A DNA stretch of 64,000 nt. Origin: Lama glama. Taxonomy: Eukaryota. The notes under the pieces are model-generated. The model was given only the letters and a program-made list of their open reading frames with translations, made no database searches and was not told where the DNA came from. Each line of letters starts with the position of its first letter. Position 1 is the first letter of the stretch. Positions 14,298 through 27,626 of the stretch are shown here, one piece after another. The DNA lies in assembly GCA_028534125.1 (NCBI GenBank), contig CM052817.1:82958001-83022000 (forward strand), in the 5' to 3' direction. Position numbers and translations under genes: made by a program.

Positions 14298-14573
14298 TAG
14301 CTTTTTAAAAAGACTCTTTTTAGAGCAGTTTTAGACTCACAGCACGTTGAGCAGAAGGTACAAAGATTTCCCATATACTCCCTTTCCTCACATATGCATC
14401 GCCTCCTCCACTATAGCGTATTGGTACTTCGGTAGATACATGTCATTATAAATTTGTTCAAACACATAGAATGTACAGCAAGAGGTAAATTTAATGGAAA
14501 CTACAGACTTTGGGGTGATAATGATATGTCAACGTAGACACATTAATTGTAAGAAAGCTTTTAGCTTTTTAAA
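14298..14573 (-). mobile_element. 5'-inverted (twin-primed) old LINE-1 3' UTR (L1MC1-like) with 12-bp TSD
   Basis: ~14310-14428 is the antisense terminal segment; ~14430-14556 is the adjacent upstream segment in sense orientation; tagctttttaaa at 14298-14309 and 14562-14573. Confidence 0.75.
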
Positions 14574-15049
14574 GGCAAATTGTTTCTAACATACTCCCTC
14601 ATTGACATATCACAGGAATATGCCTCCATCCCCCTATCCCGGACCTACTGAACCAGAAGCTTCGGGTCAAAGGGCTTGAGAAGTACCAGATGCATCTTTC
14701 ATCAGACAATTATGAGAAACATATTCTACCCCAACAGGATTCTGCAAAAGAGCTCCAAACTTCCTTCCAACATATCTCGAATGTCTAAGGTGGCTAGAAT
14801 TATAAAACAGAAAACATTTCCTGTGGTTATAAATTCTCAATTATGACCAAGGTCTAAAAGGAAAATTTGATACACTATAACAATCCCTGCTACAAGGCAG
14901 GCTCAAAGTTCTTCAGCAAATAGTAGACACAGCTCCAGTCTCGGAGAGTCTTCACTCTCAATTTTCTTTTTCTTTACCTTGGGCTCTGGCACAAATTCAC
15001 AACAGAGTTATACCTTATGGTCAAGTATGCGCTATAGTCACAGCAATTG

Positions 15050-15520
15050 CCTTATGCTAAGTGAGATAAGTCAGATCAAGACAAGTACAGTATAGGATCA
15101 CTTATAAGCAGAATCTTTAAAAACCCAACCAGTAAAAACAGATTAAGTGGTGGTGAGCAGGGGCTGGGAGGAGAGGGGATAGGTCAGATGTTGTTTAAGG
15201 GCACAGACTTGCAAGGAATAGTAAGTCCTAGAGTTGTAGTGCACGGTACAGTAAATACAGAAAACAGTATCGTGTTATAAACATCGAACTTGCTAAGAGA
15301 CTAGTTTTTTTTATTTTTTTTAATTGAAGTAAAGTCAGTTTACAATGTTGTGTCAATTTCTTAATTAAAACAACTACTAAAAAGAAATGTTAATTATGTG
15401 GTGTGATAGAAGTGCTAATTATCACTACAAGGCAATCATACTGCAATACATAAATATGTCAAATCAACATGCTGTATGCCTTAAATTTATAAAATATTTT
15501 TTATCAAATATATTTCAATA
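15050..15520 (+). mobile_element. LINE-1 3' end (L1MA-like) containing a nested ~55-bp antisense young L1 tail at ~15305-15360
   Basis: atgctaagtgagataagtcag ... aaatcaacatgctgtatgccttaaattta; nested ttttttaattgaagtaaagtcagtttacaatgttgtgtcaatttct. Confidence 0.8.
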
Positions 15521-16399
15521 CTTTTTTAATGTTGGGAAACATATTTATAATTACAAACATAATGTGTATGGATTTAAGTACACCAAAGAATTTAAAATGC
15601 TTTTATCACATCTTTATTTCCCTTTTACCTTCTATAATACCCCTTTTTATATATTTGCATTTTGGAAAACCTAAAATATGGGCCCATATATATATACTTT
15701 CTCATGTGGTAACATGGAATCTGCACCCCAACTTCTACTCTATGACGTTTTCATGGTATTTTTTCAGCTGTCATGTGACTCATCGATGAAAATCATTAGC
15801 ATTTGAAACCACATATTTTTCAGTATGATTTCAGGTTATCGAGTTACTTTTTAAGATAAATAAACCCATCTATGGAACCCATCTACACAAAACCTAGCAT
15901 CCCAGTTCAGAATTTAAGAAGATTCTACTTTGGCATGAACAACACAAAATAGGGAGGAAAAATATCTAGAAAGTACAAATATGAAAAATGAGCAATGTGG
16001 TTTTGAAGATTTCGCTCCACTGAATCCCTTCAAATTCTGAATTTTTAGGAAAACGGTTGTAGTTTTAAAATATTAAGTTAATGTAAAAAAGTAAATAAAA
16101 CTCCTATTTATAATTCACATTACATTATTTGAAATTATATTAATTCACATAAAATTACAACTACAGAAAATTAATGTCCACATGTTTAGGTAATTATCAA
16201 TAATCAATGTCATTTCTTCAAAGACAAGGAAATTCAGGGTTCAGCTGTCAAAATTTCTAACCCATTTATTTCTCCATAGTTTCCTAAGTGATAAAGAACA
16301 CACAAACTGGGTCTTTGGTCCCAAACATCTTTGCTCTCTTCTCTCCTGCTGAACAGGGGCTTGGAGAGAAGTCTCCATGTTCTTCGTATGTAATAGTAA

Positions 16400-16635
16400 G
16401 ATAGTAATGACCAAGTGTTATAAGTATATCCTATGAGCCTGACCCTGCTTTAAGCACTTTCCATGTATTAATCTAATTTTCACAAGAACTTTGAGAGACC
16501 CACTTTGCAGATAATAGTAATATTTTGCAGAGGAATATAGTAACTTGCCTGAGATAACAGGTGTGATAGAGCCAGGATTTAGATCCAGGCAGTTTAATTC
16601 CAGAGGCCACATTCTTAACTTTTATACCCTACTGT
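16400..16635 (-). mobile_element. MIR SINE
   Basis: ctttaagcactttccatgtattaatc...cccactttgcagat...taacttgcctgagataaca...agagccaggatttagatccaggcagt, the antisense MIR core. Confidence 0.8.
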
Positions 16636-17074
16636 TTCTTTCAAGGTCATTAGAAAGTCTGAGTAGGAGAGGGGGAACACAAAGCAACCCAAAGGAAGAA
16701 GTGTCAAGAATGAATTTTACAGAGAAATGGATTCACATAGTTCCTTTGTCTGAACGTCCTATCCCTAGCACCAGGGCCCAATTACAGCGTATTAGACCTT
16801 CCTCTCTCTGGGGTCAGAGTGGAAAGGAGTAAGAGGAGATGGTCCATTATCCTATCTGTAAAGCATAACTTAATACTCCCTCATATTTTCTTTTTTATCC
16901 CGAATTAGTTTAATAAATTAGGTCTTTGGCCATCTAGAATAGTTTGCCTCAAGGGAGAGAATTAGTGGAGGTTCAAAATAGTTTTCCTTTCTAATATTTA
17001 CCGCTGTTACTATGAACCAGCAGTTTGAATTCTCAGGGACATTTGGAAATGTCCTTTTGATCTTATTCTTTAAA

Positions 17075-17328
17075 AGTAGTGCCATGCAGAGTCATATCAG
17101 AGGATGTAGGAAAAAGTAATCAGGAATATTGATTCTGTCTTTATTTAAAATTTTAAAATATTGTTCATCAGGAATTTTTGCACTAATTTAATTTTTTTAA
17201 ATATTGCATTAAAGTACCATTTATCTTAGTTACTGAGGGTTCCTTGTTTGTAGTTTGTTTGTTTTGGAGTCCCCTTAAATTGTATACCCTAAGTCGGTGT
17301 CTAGCTTGCTAAATCTGCTCCCAGACCT
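17075..17328 (-). mobile_element. hAT-type MITE (MER96B-like)
   Basis: ctgtctttatttaaaattttaaaatattgttcatcaggaatttttgcactaat...atttatcttagttactgag...ccccttaaatt resembles the recalled consensus. Confidence 0.55.
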
Positions 17329-17659
17329 CTCTTAAAGGTATAAAGATGACACCTCAAAGCACTGTATTCCATTAGGCCTCCACTAGATTATTAATGAGCA
17401 GCAGACAAGAATTTTTAAATGATGCTAGTAATACAATGTCATCTCACTATGCCCAGGGCCCCTGTGCAATTTGACACTTGTCAAAGTCAACACTGGAGTA
17501 AATCAAAGTCTACATATTACCTATTCCTATCACATTGTTCAACTGAAATTTAGATACTTTTACAGGGAAACATGCACAAATTCTGATTTACAATCAGTGT
17601 ATTATAAGCACTTACAAAGCTGGCTGCATGAAAGTCTTAAAAAACTTTTTGTATTCTCA

Positions 17660-18610
17660 ACATTTGATTAAAATCACTGTTATTTTTTCCTTTAATTGCT
17701 GCCTTGACTTGATGCACATATTTTGTTAATCTGGTAAACATTTGTGTTTAATTTCTGTTCATTTGTAATTCTCCTTTAGTAAATTACTTACATTTGCTGT
17801 TTGCTCATTTTTATATTAGTGTGTTCATACCTTTCATATTAATTGATGAGATTCCTAATTGTTAACGGTATTAGCCTATGTTCATCAATTACGTTTTAAA
17901 TTTTAATTATGATCATTGGCCACACTAAATTTTAACATTTTTATGTACTCAAATTTATAAATCTTTCTTACTTAGGTATTAGGTCTTAGAAAATCCCTTC
18001 TATGTCTGAGTATATAAATATTCACTTGTATTTTGTTCCAGTAGATTTGTAAGTTCAGTTTTTCCATATAAATGTTTAACTCATCTGGAATTTAGTTTGG
18101 TATAAGGTGTGAGATTCTTTCCTATTGGCTCCAACACAACTTATTCAATTATCCATTCTTTCCTCATGAGTTTGAAATATCATTTCTATCATATACTGAA
18201 ATTCCATATAGAGTTGTTCTGTTTGTGTGTTTCTCTTCTGTTTCACAGATCTTTCTGTCTATTCTGGCAGAAGTCTACTGCATATTATTTTTACGATTTA
18301 GTAGTGTATTTTACAGTCTGGTGGGGGCAGTGCTCTTCTTTAAAAATAAAAGTTCTGGCTATTTATTACATTTTTTTCTAGATAAACTTGGGAATCATTT
18401 GATGAGTTCCAAAAAAAGTCCCACTGGGAGTTTGATTAGAAATGTGTGAAGTTTATAGGTTAACTTGGAGAGAGTTGACTTCTTCTCATCTCTCTCACCA
18501 GTTACTCAAAAATTTTTCTATGCCCATCAGTAAAATCCAGCCAATATCTTCAAATAGGCATGCACAATTCTTGTTAAATTTATCCATCTATATCATATAT
18601 ATTGTTACAA
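17660..18610 (-). mobile_element. Old LINE-1 (L1ME-like) ORF2 remnants
   Basis: tttaactcatctggaatttagtttggtataaggtgtgag and gggagtttgattagaaatgtgtgaagtttataggttaacttggagagagttgac are typical antisense ORF2 motifs. Confidence 0.7.
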
Positions 18611-20321
18611 TCTGCTGCACTCTTTGCAACAGACAAGCAGAAATGGAAAGAACACAGCTTCTCAGTACTGCTTGTTTCTGTTCTTGCTCTCACTTTAGTG
18701 GCCCCATGAAGTGGAGAAAACTCTTAAATATTTCTTGCCCATGTTCCAGGTTTATTATGAAGTATAAGTAAGACAACATGATTAATAGCATACCATTATA
18801 TAATACAATACAAAGCTATGTAAATGTCATGGTACATTGTGTATGAAGAAAATTTAACTGCAATTCCAAAAATTAAAATGAAGAATCAAAGCTTAAAAAA
18901 TCCAAATAATCAAAGCAAATTATTCCTACTGGGATTATTCAGATGGATATTTATGCACTCCACTTTTCTTTCTATATATGCTCAATGTTTTAAAAATGAA
19001 CAATCTAAGAACTATGAAATAATGGAAATATGATTTACATTTTATTCTAAAATATTATATTATATTTTGTATCCACATTAGTTTAAAATATCATGAGAAT
19101 ATAAAACCTATGAATTCTTCAACTTTTAAAAAATAGAACCAAAAATGATTTCAAGGACATTAATTCTTTTGTTTTTATTTAATTTGAAAATTCACAAATT
19201 ATCTTGTTTCGTTCTTGTTTACATTATGCACAAAATACACAATAAGACAAGTGTCTCATCATTAAAAATGGCATTTTGCCACATGTACAGTGCCATAAGA
19301 TGTAATTGTTTAATAATTTAAAATGGATATGATGAATCACACTTTGATATTTCTGTTGGTTACTGTGATCATATGAATGGTATAAGCATATAATTGCAAA
19401 TACACACATTATATATACATAAATAAAAATATGTAATTGAAAACTCCAAACATCCCTAAGGCAAATTTATAGAACAAACTTTTCAATTAAGTCTTTTTAT
19501 ACACATTTCAATGGTGCCAAATATGCAGAGGCTCTGGGTTGAAACTAGTTTAAAACTGACACAAAGTTTATTAGAAAGACTAAGGGCCAGTCCACTTGGA
19601 AAAGAATTGCCTCAAGAATCTGGGTAGAAAAAACAGCCCTGCATTTTATTCTTGTGAACTTTAGCAATTCGTAAAAGTTTTTTCTATCTCCTTCAAACTA
19701 AAATACCTAATATTTCTACTAGTATACGTGCCGAAAAAAAAAAATCACTGTATGAAAAATAAACTTCTACTCTCAGTTAATTAAGGTAATATTACATTCC
19801 ACCTTTTTGTTATTCAGGTTTCTTCAACAATAGAAAGCCACCAAGGACATACTAAGGCCATAAAAGTCATGCATATTTTAGGTAACAACTTCACCTTGAC
19901 TATATAATATGTATGTTATTGTCATACTTTCCAATACTTATCAGAATCTTTTAATCATCATTAATTTTTTAAGGATAGAATAGTAAGTTCCTTCTTCCTT
20001 CCTGTACAGCACCAAAACAAGCAAGATAGGGTTGATCTGTGGAACTTTAATGACCCATTGTAAAAATGAACTCCGAGGAAAAAAGACTTGGATTGCAAAG
20101 AATAAACATCTTCAAAAAAATCTCCTGTCCAATGATTCCAACTCCAACATACTTATGTTCAATTATATGGCTGCTCAGAAGACTTTTCCATATAAAATTT
20201 CAGACCTACCTAATTAGATTGAGAGAGAGATCCCCCCCCTTTTTCTAGCTAATTGAATCATTGAGGAAAATTAGCCCACATGAAAGAGGAAATTATTTTA
20301 TTTAAATACCTAATACCATTA

Positions 20322-20454
20322 GCACTCCACACCTGCAGATATGGACAACCAACTGTACTAGGTTGTTTATATAAGGGATTTGAACATCTGTGGATTTTGG
20401 TGTTCACAAAGTGTCCTTGAACCAATTTCCTGCAGATACTGGGGTATGACGGTA
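20322..20454. mobile_element. TcMar-Tigger MITE fragment (MER2-like)
   Basis: tatataagggatttgaacatctgtggattttggt...gaaccaatttcctgcagatactggggtatgacggta resembles the MER2 end. Confidence 0.7.
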
Positions 20455-21579
20455 CATACCTATTTGCTATGATTATTCTGATTTAGACGTTCGGAGTGAT
20501 CAACTTAAAAAATAAGTTAAATATTTCTTTGATTTTCATGAACAGAAATGTTCCAAATATATTTTTCCTCTTATCTAGCTATAGAAAAGTCTACTTATTA
20601 GTCATTACTACTCAATACTCTCTAAAGATATAAAGAATTACAGCACTTGCATTCAACAATCTCTCATAATTGAACCTATCCTACAATATATTCCATTTTT
20701 CAGGTAAAGGTGAATTGTCCTCATGTCTTATCACATAACTCAGTGTGTTTTTGCCCTGAGTGAAATTTTATTGTGACATCTCCAAAGGAATCACTAAGCC
20801 TGGTCTAATAATCAAAATGTATAATATTTATTTATTGAGTTGTTCTCTGGTGTCAGAAGAACTGGAAGAGTAGTTTTACTTACTGAACTTTCATTCTAAA
20901 AAAGTGAAATTTCAGTGTCTCATAAATCTTTCTTGTAAGTTTTTAGTTACTGAGAATTTCTAAGTAAAAAATGGTTTTTTAAACAGTTAAAATAAAAGGC
21001 TTTGCAAGCAAGATGCAATATTATACCTAATTAAAAAGGGATAATCATTATCAGTTTAGAATCATAAGAACTGTCAAACAAAAGGAGTCCCCCATGGGCC
21101 ATATTATGGAAGAATAAAAATGATGTGCCACTCACCTCCCCCTCACCCAACTTCAGAGGAAAAAGAATAAGTAAATAAACTTGAGTCTCAAAAGAACATG
21201 TGGATTTCTTTTAGATGCTTACCCCTACAAGTAGGCTCCACACTATCAGAGTCCCTGAGAAGCATGGGGATTCATCTATAGCCCATGTTTTCACCACACA
21301 GCATTGGGGAAGCCACTTTCAACATGTCCACTCTGCTATCCACATGTGCTTCATCTTTAGAATTGACTGGATTGGTCTGATCTGCTCCAGCAGTGACTCC
21401 AGCCAGGGGAGAGTTCTCTTCCTCCTTCCTTTTATCCCACTTTTCTCTCTCCTCCCCTCATGGAGAGTGTCTCAGGCTAGATCAAAACACTATTATTTTT
21501 ATACACATATGGTCAAGCACTGAGAGGAAAAGATGAAGGATGGAAGAATTGGGGAACCTGAAAATCCAATGAGTAAATT

Positions 21580-21775
21580 AAGCAACTCTAGAGTCAGACA
21601 GGCCTAAGTTTCAAACACCCTGGATCACTTAGTAGCTGTGTGATATTGGGTAGGAGACCCAATCTATCTGAAACCCAATCATGTATCTACAAAATGAATT
21701 GGTATACCTACATCTTAGGGTAGTTAGGGTTTAAACTGATCTCTAACACAGTAAGTTTTCAATTAATATTAGTCT
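21580..21775 (+). mobile_element. MIR SINE
   Basis: ctctagagtcagacaggcctaagtttcaaa...cacttagtagctgtgtgatattgggta...atctacaaaatg. Confidence 0.7.
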
Positions 21776-22349
21776 ACTATGAAGCATTTTGGGGAACAGG
21801 TTGTAAAAACAGGAAGATAAATATTTATCTACTTATAAAACAGACCAAAACCAAATATTTAAGAGGAGCTAAGCTGTAGTATTAGACATAATGGTACATA
21901 ATGAGACTATAACCATCTATGTTAGTCAAAGTGCATATAAAATATTGGACATCCTTAATTATTATATTAGATGCAGGGTAGAAAATAGCTATTCTTATAT
22001 CTGTGTAATATTTTCATGTCCAGGAGATACAAAAGAACTATAATAAGAAAAATTATAAGAATCGTAAAGTATGTTATTTAAAATCTTTATTTTATTGGTA
22101 TTTCCTTCATTTCACACCTGAGCTTTATGCTGACAGAGCCCTCAGAAATGTTTAATTCATGAAAATAATTTCTTTCACATTTTAAACAGATTGTCTAGAT
22201 GTGATAGATAAAAGTAATCTATAAAAATAGGTGATCAGAAAAAGTTGAGAAAAAGGGAAGAACTAACAAAGCAGGGTCAGAGGAGACACACAGGAATGCT
22301 AATTTACTAAATTCTTCCCAGTGATGCTTATCTGGGAAGTCTTGAGCAT

Positions 22350-22869
22350 TTTGAATTGCTAATAATAGAAAACTTAAAGCAACTTAATCACATTAGGGGA
22401 TTTACTATAGCATATCACTGAAGTGTCCTGAGGTAGGTTTCAGGTGGGACAAGATAAAGGCCCTAGGTCTATGTATCTGATGTTTCTCACCTCTACCTTC
22501 TTCTATGAGCTATTGTCCTCAGGCTGGCTCCTCTCAGGGTCACCATATTGATGCCACCAGTGACTGGGGTCATAGTTTCTCACTTACATCTAGGAGATGT
22601 AGAAAAGGGATACCATCCAGTAACAACCTAAAAAAGTTCTGAGTATTACACTGATTATGCTACCACTGTGCTAATTCCTGTGGCCAAGGGAATGCCATGT
22701 GCTGGTTGGTTGAAGTCTGTGTTACTGGAACTAACTCCTTAGGGTCAGATAACTCAAGATTCATTGCTAGAGTTTCAGATGGGATTGACTGCTACCAAAT
22801 TACATGGCTGCTACACATAACAGGAATAGCAAAAAGCTTGTTGGAGAGACAACCAGAATGTCCACTACA
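22350..22869. mobile_element. Old MaLR LTR (MLT1J/K/L-like)
   Basis: ctcaggctggctcctctc..., tgtggccaagggaatgccatgtgctggttgg, terminal aatgtccactaca. Confidence 0.55.
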
Positions 22870-23389
22870 TGTATATGCCACAGCTAAAATTCTTTATGAA
22901 AACCAAAATTTCATGACACAACTAAGAGATCGCTTATCACATGGTACATACAGTTCAAGTTTTATTGAGTGTGCCAGATTCATAGTTGATTATTGTCATT
23001 AAAATTAGGCACATACAAGGGAAGTCTCTCTTACTGTGAGGGCAGAGTTGATTCAATATAAATAGGTAATATGAAAAGGATTGTTTGCATCATTAAAGAG
23101 TAAAGTTCTCAGTGCTAATGTCTCAAGGTGTTTCTGAACAGAGCTTACACAATAGAAAACAGGGCCTGTCCAGGAATACAAAATATGTGGCTACTGACTC
23201 ATCCAATAAAATTAGAGAAACTATTTTTATGGGCCCAGAAATGTCAAATCTCAGAATTTTTTAAAAAACGGTATAAGGAGACCTGTGTTTGGTTAAATAA
23301 TAAGTCAAAGATAATAAAGGAAACAGCCCATAGTACTCCCTCAGCTAGCATATTCAGTCACTGATATGTAAACTCATATTGTTAAAAAA

Positions 23390-25170
23390 GACTGTTAGCG
23401 ATGACGGAAGGAGAGAGGCTGATTAGGTGAAGCACAGATAACTTTTAAGTTGGTGAAACTATCCTGTATGATGCTGTAATGGTGGATACATGACGCCAGC
23501 AGCACCGAGTAAAACTTAGAAAATCATTTAAGAGGTCAGGAGATCCCTGGCTGGAATGCAGAAAGTGACAAAAGAATCTATCTTTATTACAAATGGATTA
23601 ATCAACCTTCCTGAACAGGGTGGGGAGGAAAGTTGCTGACCTAAGGAACTAGAAATATGTGGAGTCTATAGACTAAAAGCAGACGGAACCTCACATAGCA
23701 CTATAAAGTTGTTTCCCAGGGAAGTATGGGTTAATAAATTCAGAAACCACTCTATATGTATACTGGAGCTGAATAATTACAGAAGTGGACAGTGGATGGT
23801 GGGAGCCAGGTTTCTCACTGTTAGAGTGGAAGGTTACACAGAATCAAGAGGAGGAGATCCATGTGGTAACGCATTAGAGTTGGAGACATCAGTATGAACT
23901 GATGTTTAGCTTAATATAAACATAGAGGGTTATATTATTTGGGTATGTATATGGATTAGTATACACACATATATTTACCTATTTAAAAAGGGCCTACAAG
24001 CAATCATGCCTCAGTAGCAACAAGCACATCTAGTGTTTCAGTCTTGTTTTTCAGTACAATTTTCTACTAAAAAGAACCAAGGATCCTCTGAGAAATGACT
24101 GATTCCAGAAATAGGAAAGAAAATACATAAAATGAACTGGGAGCATTGTCCAGTGCCAAAAAATAAGGAAGCATTCAAACAAAAACACAATAATGGGGTA
24201 TGTTAAAAGAACCCAAGAGTCAACTGAAAGAGATCTCAATGGCCAAATCTGGAACAGTTTGAGCAGCAAAATAAATAAAGTAGTATTGGATTATAACACA
24301 AGTATGAAATGAATATCTATGATTCTATACTGATACAAATAAATGATTGAATAAATAAACACATGGGAGAGAACAGGCAAGTATCCCATGCAGAAGAATT
24401 CCAAGTAATTTCTGTAGACACTTGACCCTCAGGGAGGTAGAACATAACTCCTCACTGCTGAAGTGTGGCCTTCACAAAGTGTCTCCATTTCAAAGAGTAT
24501 AATCAAAGGGAAAAGAGTAACACTGCAGTGGAGAAACCTTACAACACTACCTCTGCCAGGTTATCAAGGTTAACATCGACAGTGAAGTCATGTTGATAGT
24601 ATGGACCTGATGTGGTGTGATGCAAACACTTTATCTCTGTGGAAGATGTCACAGCCAAGAGTAGCTGAAGGCAACATGATGATTAAATGTCACATGGTAT
24701 CAGGGATGGAATCCTGGAACAGAAGAAGTACCTGAGACAAAATTAAAGAAATCTGAACAAAGTAATAATTTTAATTTTTAATAATGTATCAATATTGGTT
24801 TGTTAATTATGAAAAATGTACCACACTAATGTAAAGTTAATAATAAGGGAAAATGGGTATAGTAATATTTTCACATTTTTCTGTAAATCTAGAACTATTC
24901 AAAAATTTAATGTTTATTAATTTTTAAAAAGTGAATGAGGAATAGAAAGGAACTTCATTAAGCTTATGAAAGCTAGTAATAAAAAACCTCCATAGAATAT
25001 AACAGTGAAATGCCAAATTCACTGCATTTAACATTAGGAATGAAACCAAACAAAGCCCCATTCCTGCTTCAAGATTGTCGTGGAAGGCCTAGTTAGTATG
25101 TTACAATGAGATCAATAAACAAAATATATATGAATCACAAAGAAAGAAAAAAATTATTCTTATTCTCTTT
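23390..25170 (+). mobile_element. LINE-1 (L1MC-like) long 3' UTR followed by an ORF2 fragment
   Basis: gtgaaactatcctgtatgatgctgtaatggtggatacatgac ... ttttctgtaaatctagaactattcaaaa (~24900), then degenerate ORF2-like sequence. Confidence 0.8.
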
Positions 25171-25935
25171 AAAAAAAGGATTGTTACCAATATAGGCTCA
25201 ATTTTGGAAGGCTTACTTAATGGTTTAGATCATGAACAGTTGTTAAAAAGGATCATTTTGATTTAGAGTAACATAAGCTAGCACATAATCAGCTGAATTA
25301 CCTATGTTTCAACTGCAGGGGAAAGAAAGAAATTTTCTTATTTAATTGCTCAAAATGAATCAAAGAAGTTAATACTTTCACTCTCTTTAAATAACTGAAC
25401 CCTATAATAATGAATACTATTAGGGAAAAACTCTGGAAAAAATCCTCAACTATACTGCGACTTTAATTTTTCATTGTTATATAAGTGGTTTTCAATAGAA
25501 CACCCAACTTCAAATTTGCCTATTTAACACAAAGAAACATTGCAGCAGTTGCTATGTATTGAAATGAACACATATTTAAATTAAATTATTAGATTATACT
25601 AACACTTGATTTATTAACATTGTTGAAATACATTCAAGAAAAGTGAATTTTCCAAAAGAGAAATTTATTTCTTTGATCACTGACTATTTTTATTCTAATC
25701 ATTTCTGAATTTTTTCTAAAAGGTAAAAAGTCTCCACATTTTATTAAAGAAAATATTCAGCATGATTTAATTATTTCCTGTCTATTCAAGATCTCTGTTC
25801 AGAACATCACCTGTTATATACTGTTTTGTACACCTACCTACAGATGTGTATTTTTACCAATTGTTCTAAGTAACTCCTAATATTTTTATATTAGTTAATT
25901 AGTTTCTGTATGTTTTCTTCATACTTAGCTGTTAT

Positions 25936-26062
25936 TTCACTCAAAAAAATTCAACAAACATTTGTGATGTGTCCACAATTTGCCAGGAATATTCTAGTAC
26001 TACTGGGGATAAAGCAATGAACAAAGACAAAATTCCTGTCTTCCTGAAGCTTAGATTCAGTC
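25936..26062 (-). mobile_element. LINE-2 3' end
   Basis: attcaacaaacattt...tgccagg...ctggggataaagcaatgaacaaagacaaaattcctgtcttcctgaagcttagattc. Confidence 0.75.
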
Positions 26063-26159
26063 ATTTCATAGCCTTGTCAAGGTTTCTATTTCTACTGATT
26101 TGCATCCTCTCCAAATGCAGAATCTGCAATCCATTGAAAATTCATAAGATTTTTTTTAA

Positions 26160-26385
26160 TTGTTACGGAAACGACAGGCCAGTCAAGAAACAAGCACCAC
26201 TCGGAGGGTTGGAGTACTCAGATGTATTACGCAGGCGGGCTCAGAGGGGCTTCTGCTCCAAAGCTCTGAGCACCTCCAAGACGTGCGCATGAGGTTTTAT
26301 AGGGTAAAGTACAAGCTTGGGTATTCGGCCAATAGGCACTGAACAGCTTTAGCAGCATTATCATCACAAAAGTGGAGGCGGGGAG
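26160..26385. promoter_or_regulatory. CpG-enriched promoter/enhancer-like patch
   Basis: About 9 CpG in ~220 bp against a CpG-poor background; X-box-like GTTACGGAAAC (26162-26172), partial NRF1-like TGCGCATG (~26284), GGCCAATAG CCAAT box (~26327). Confidence 0.4.
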
Positions 26386-26546
26386 GCAGCAAACCAACAT
26401 TCCAAAGCCAGATATGTATCTTTGAAAACCCAGCTGGCTAGCAAAAAAACATGAACAGCAAACCAACACTAATTAACCTAGATTTACAAGTTAGTCTAGC
26501 AGAACTCAGATCAGTATTCCAATACTTAGATTTGTGAGTTATCTTG

Positions 26547-26646
26547 NNNNNNNNNNNNNNNNNNNNNNNNNNNNNNNNNNNNNNNNNNNNNNNNNNNNNN
26601 NNNNNNNNNNNNNNNNNNNNNNNNNNNNNNNNNNNNNNNNNNNNNN
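26547..26646. other. Assembly gap (100 N)
   Basis: Run of N. Confidence 1.
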
Positions 26647-26959
26647 ATCTTTAGATCAGCCCGGTTTTTCCTTCACATAATCTTGATAAGAAAATCAGAT
26701 ATTGACCTCCACAGATCAGTAATCTTAATCTGATGCATAAGAAATTATAAATCAATGGTACTTGAATAATGAATAACTTTTCTTTGAAGCTAAATATTTT
26801 ATTCACTATTTTTGGGCAGTGCCACTGTGTTTAAAAAGAAAAAGAAATTAGAACTCTCTAAGAAGGCTGGTATTAAACTTCAGACTACAAAACAAACAGG
26901 AGAACATAAAGCAACTCAATTTCCTCCTTGGGTAAAATGCTTTACTAGTTATACCTACA

Positions 26960-27500
26960 AGCCTTCCCATATTCTGTTTACTCATCTGTGAGATTCTCCC
27001 TGAAACTTCACCCAGAAATTTTCTACTGTTCCTTTAAGATCCAGCACAAATATTACTTCTCCTAGGATACTTTCTCTAGCTTCATCTGGCAAATGACACA
27101 GCTCTGATTCTGACCTCCAGTGGACATTTGTGTGTATATTTATTGTAATGCGCATCACACAGTTTTGTTTATTTGCCTATTTAGCTACCCCCATGCACTA
27201 TTTTAGTCCAAAAGAATGGGATGGGATGGTATTCCTGCTTCTATTCTCTGAGCATTTAAAAGTCAAGACATAGAATGGGTTTCCAAAATCTCTGTTAAGA
27301 GTAGTCCAGTAGTGAGGAACATGAGCTGTTAAGATCAGGCACCACTCTGTTCAAGGTAGCTGTGGAGCCTCGAGTAAGACTTTATTGTCTCCCTGTCTCA
27401 GTGTTAGGGCCTACACAGCTTACATAACAAGAGTTTCTACCTTACGGAGTTACTGTATAATAAAAGAAATAATTAATCTAAAATATCTAACAACGCTCTG
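26960..27500 (+). mobile_element. Degenerate LINE-2 3' end followed by MIR (~27300-27500)
   Basis: cctttaagatccagcacaaatattacttctcctaggatactttc (L2-like); tagctgtggagcctcgagtaagac...ctgtctcagtgt (MIR-like). Confidence 0.5.
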
Positions 27501-27557
27501 AAGAGCTTCACTACTTTCACTTAGTAATATCCTTTAATTAATTTTAATTAAACTTAC

Positions 27558-27626
27558 CGTATTCGGTATACAGTTAGTAAGACCATATTTATCATCTTAC
27601 CATTGAAGACAGACGAGTAAATTCAA
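27558..27626 (-). other. Candidate small exon with two alternative donors (26 or 69 nt)
   Basis: Acceptor cttttaatttttccCAG; donors ATG|GTAAGA (exon end 27601) and ACG|GTAAGT (exon end 27558); 3 CpG within 69 nt. Confidence 0.3.

Noticed and set aside
19818..19881. Plus-strand exon candidate (VSSTIESHQGHTKAIKVMHIL)
   Set aside because: Good acceptor but weak donor (GTAACA) and unrecognised peptide.
20688..20710. Recursive-splice-like ttccatttttCAG|GTAAAG
   Set aside because: A single motif is expected by chance in 64 kb, and no host transcript is established.
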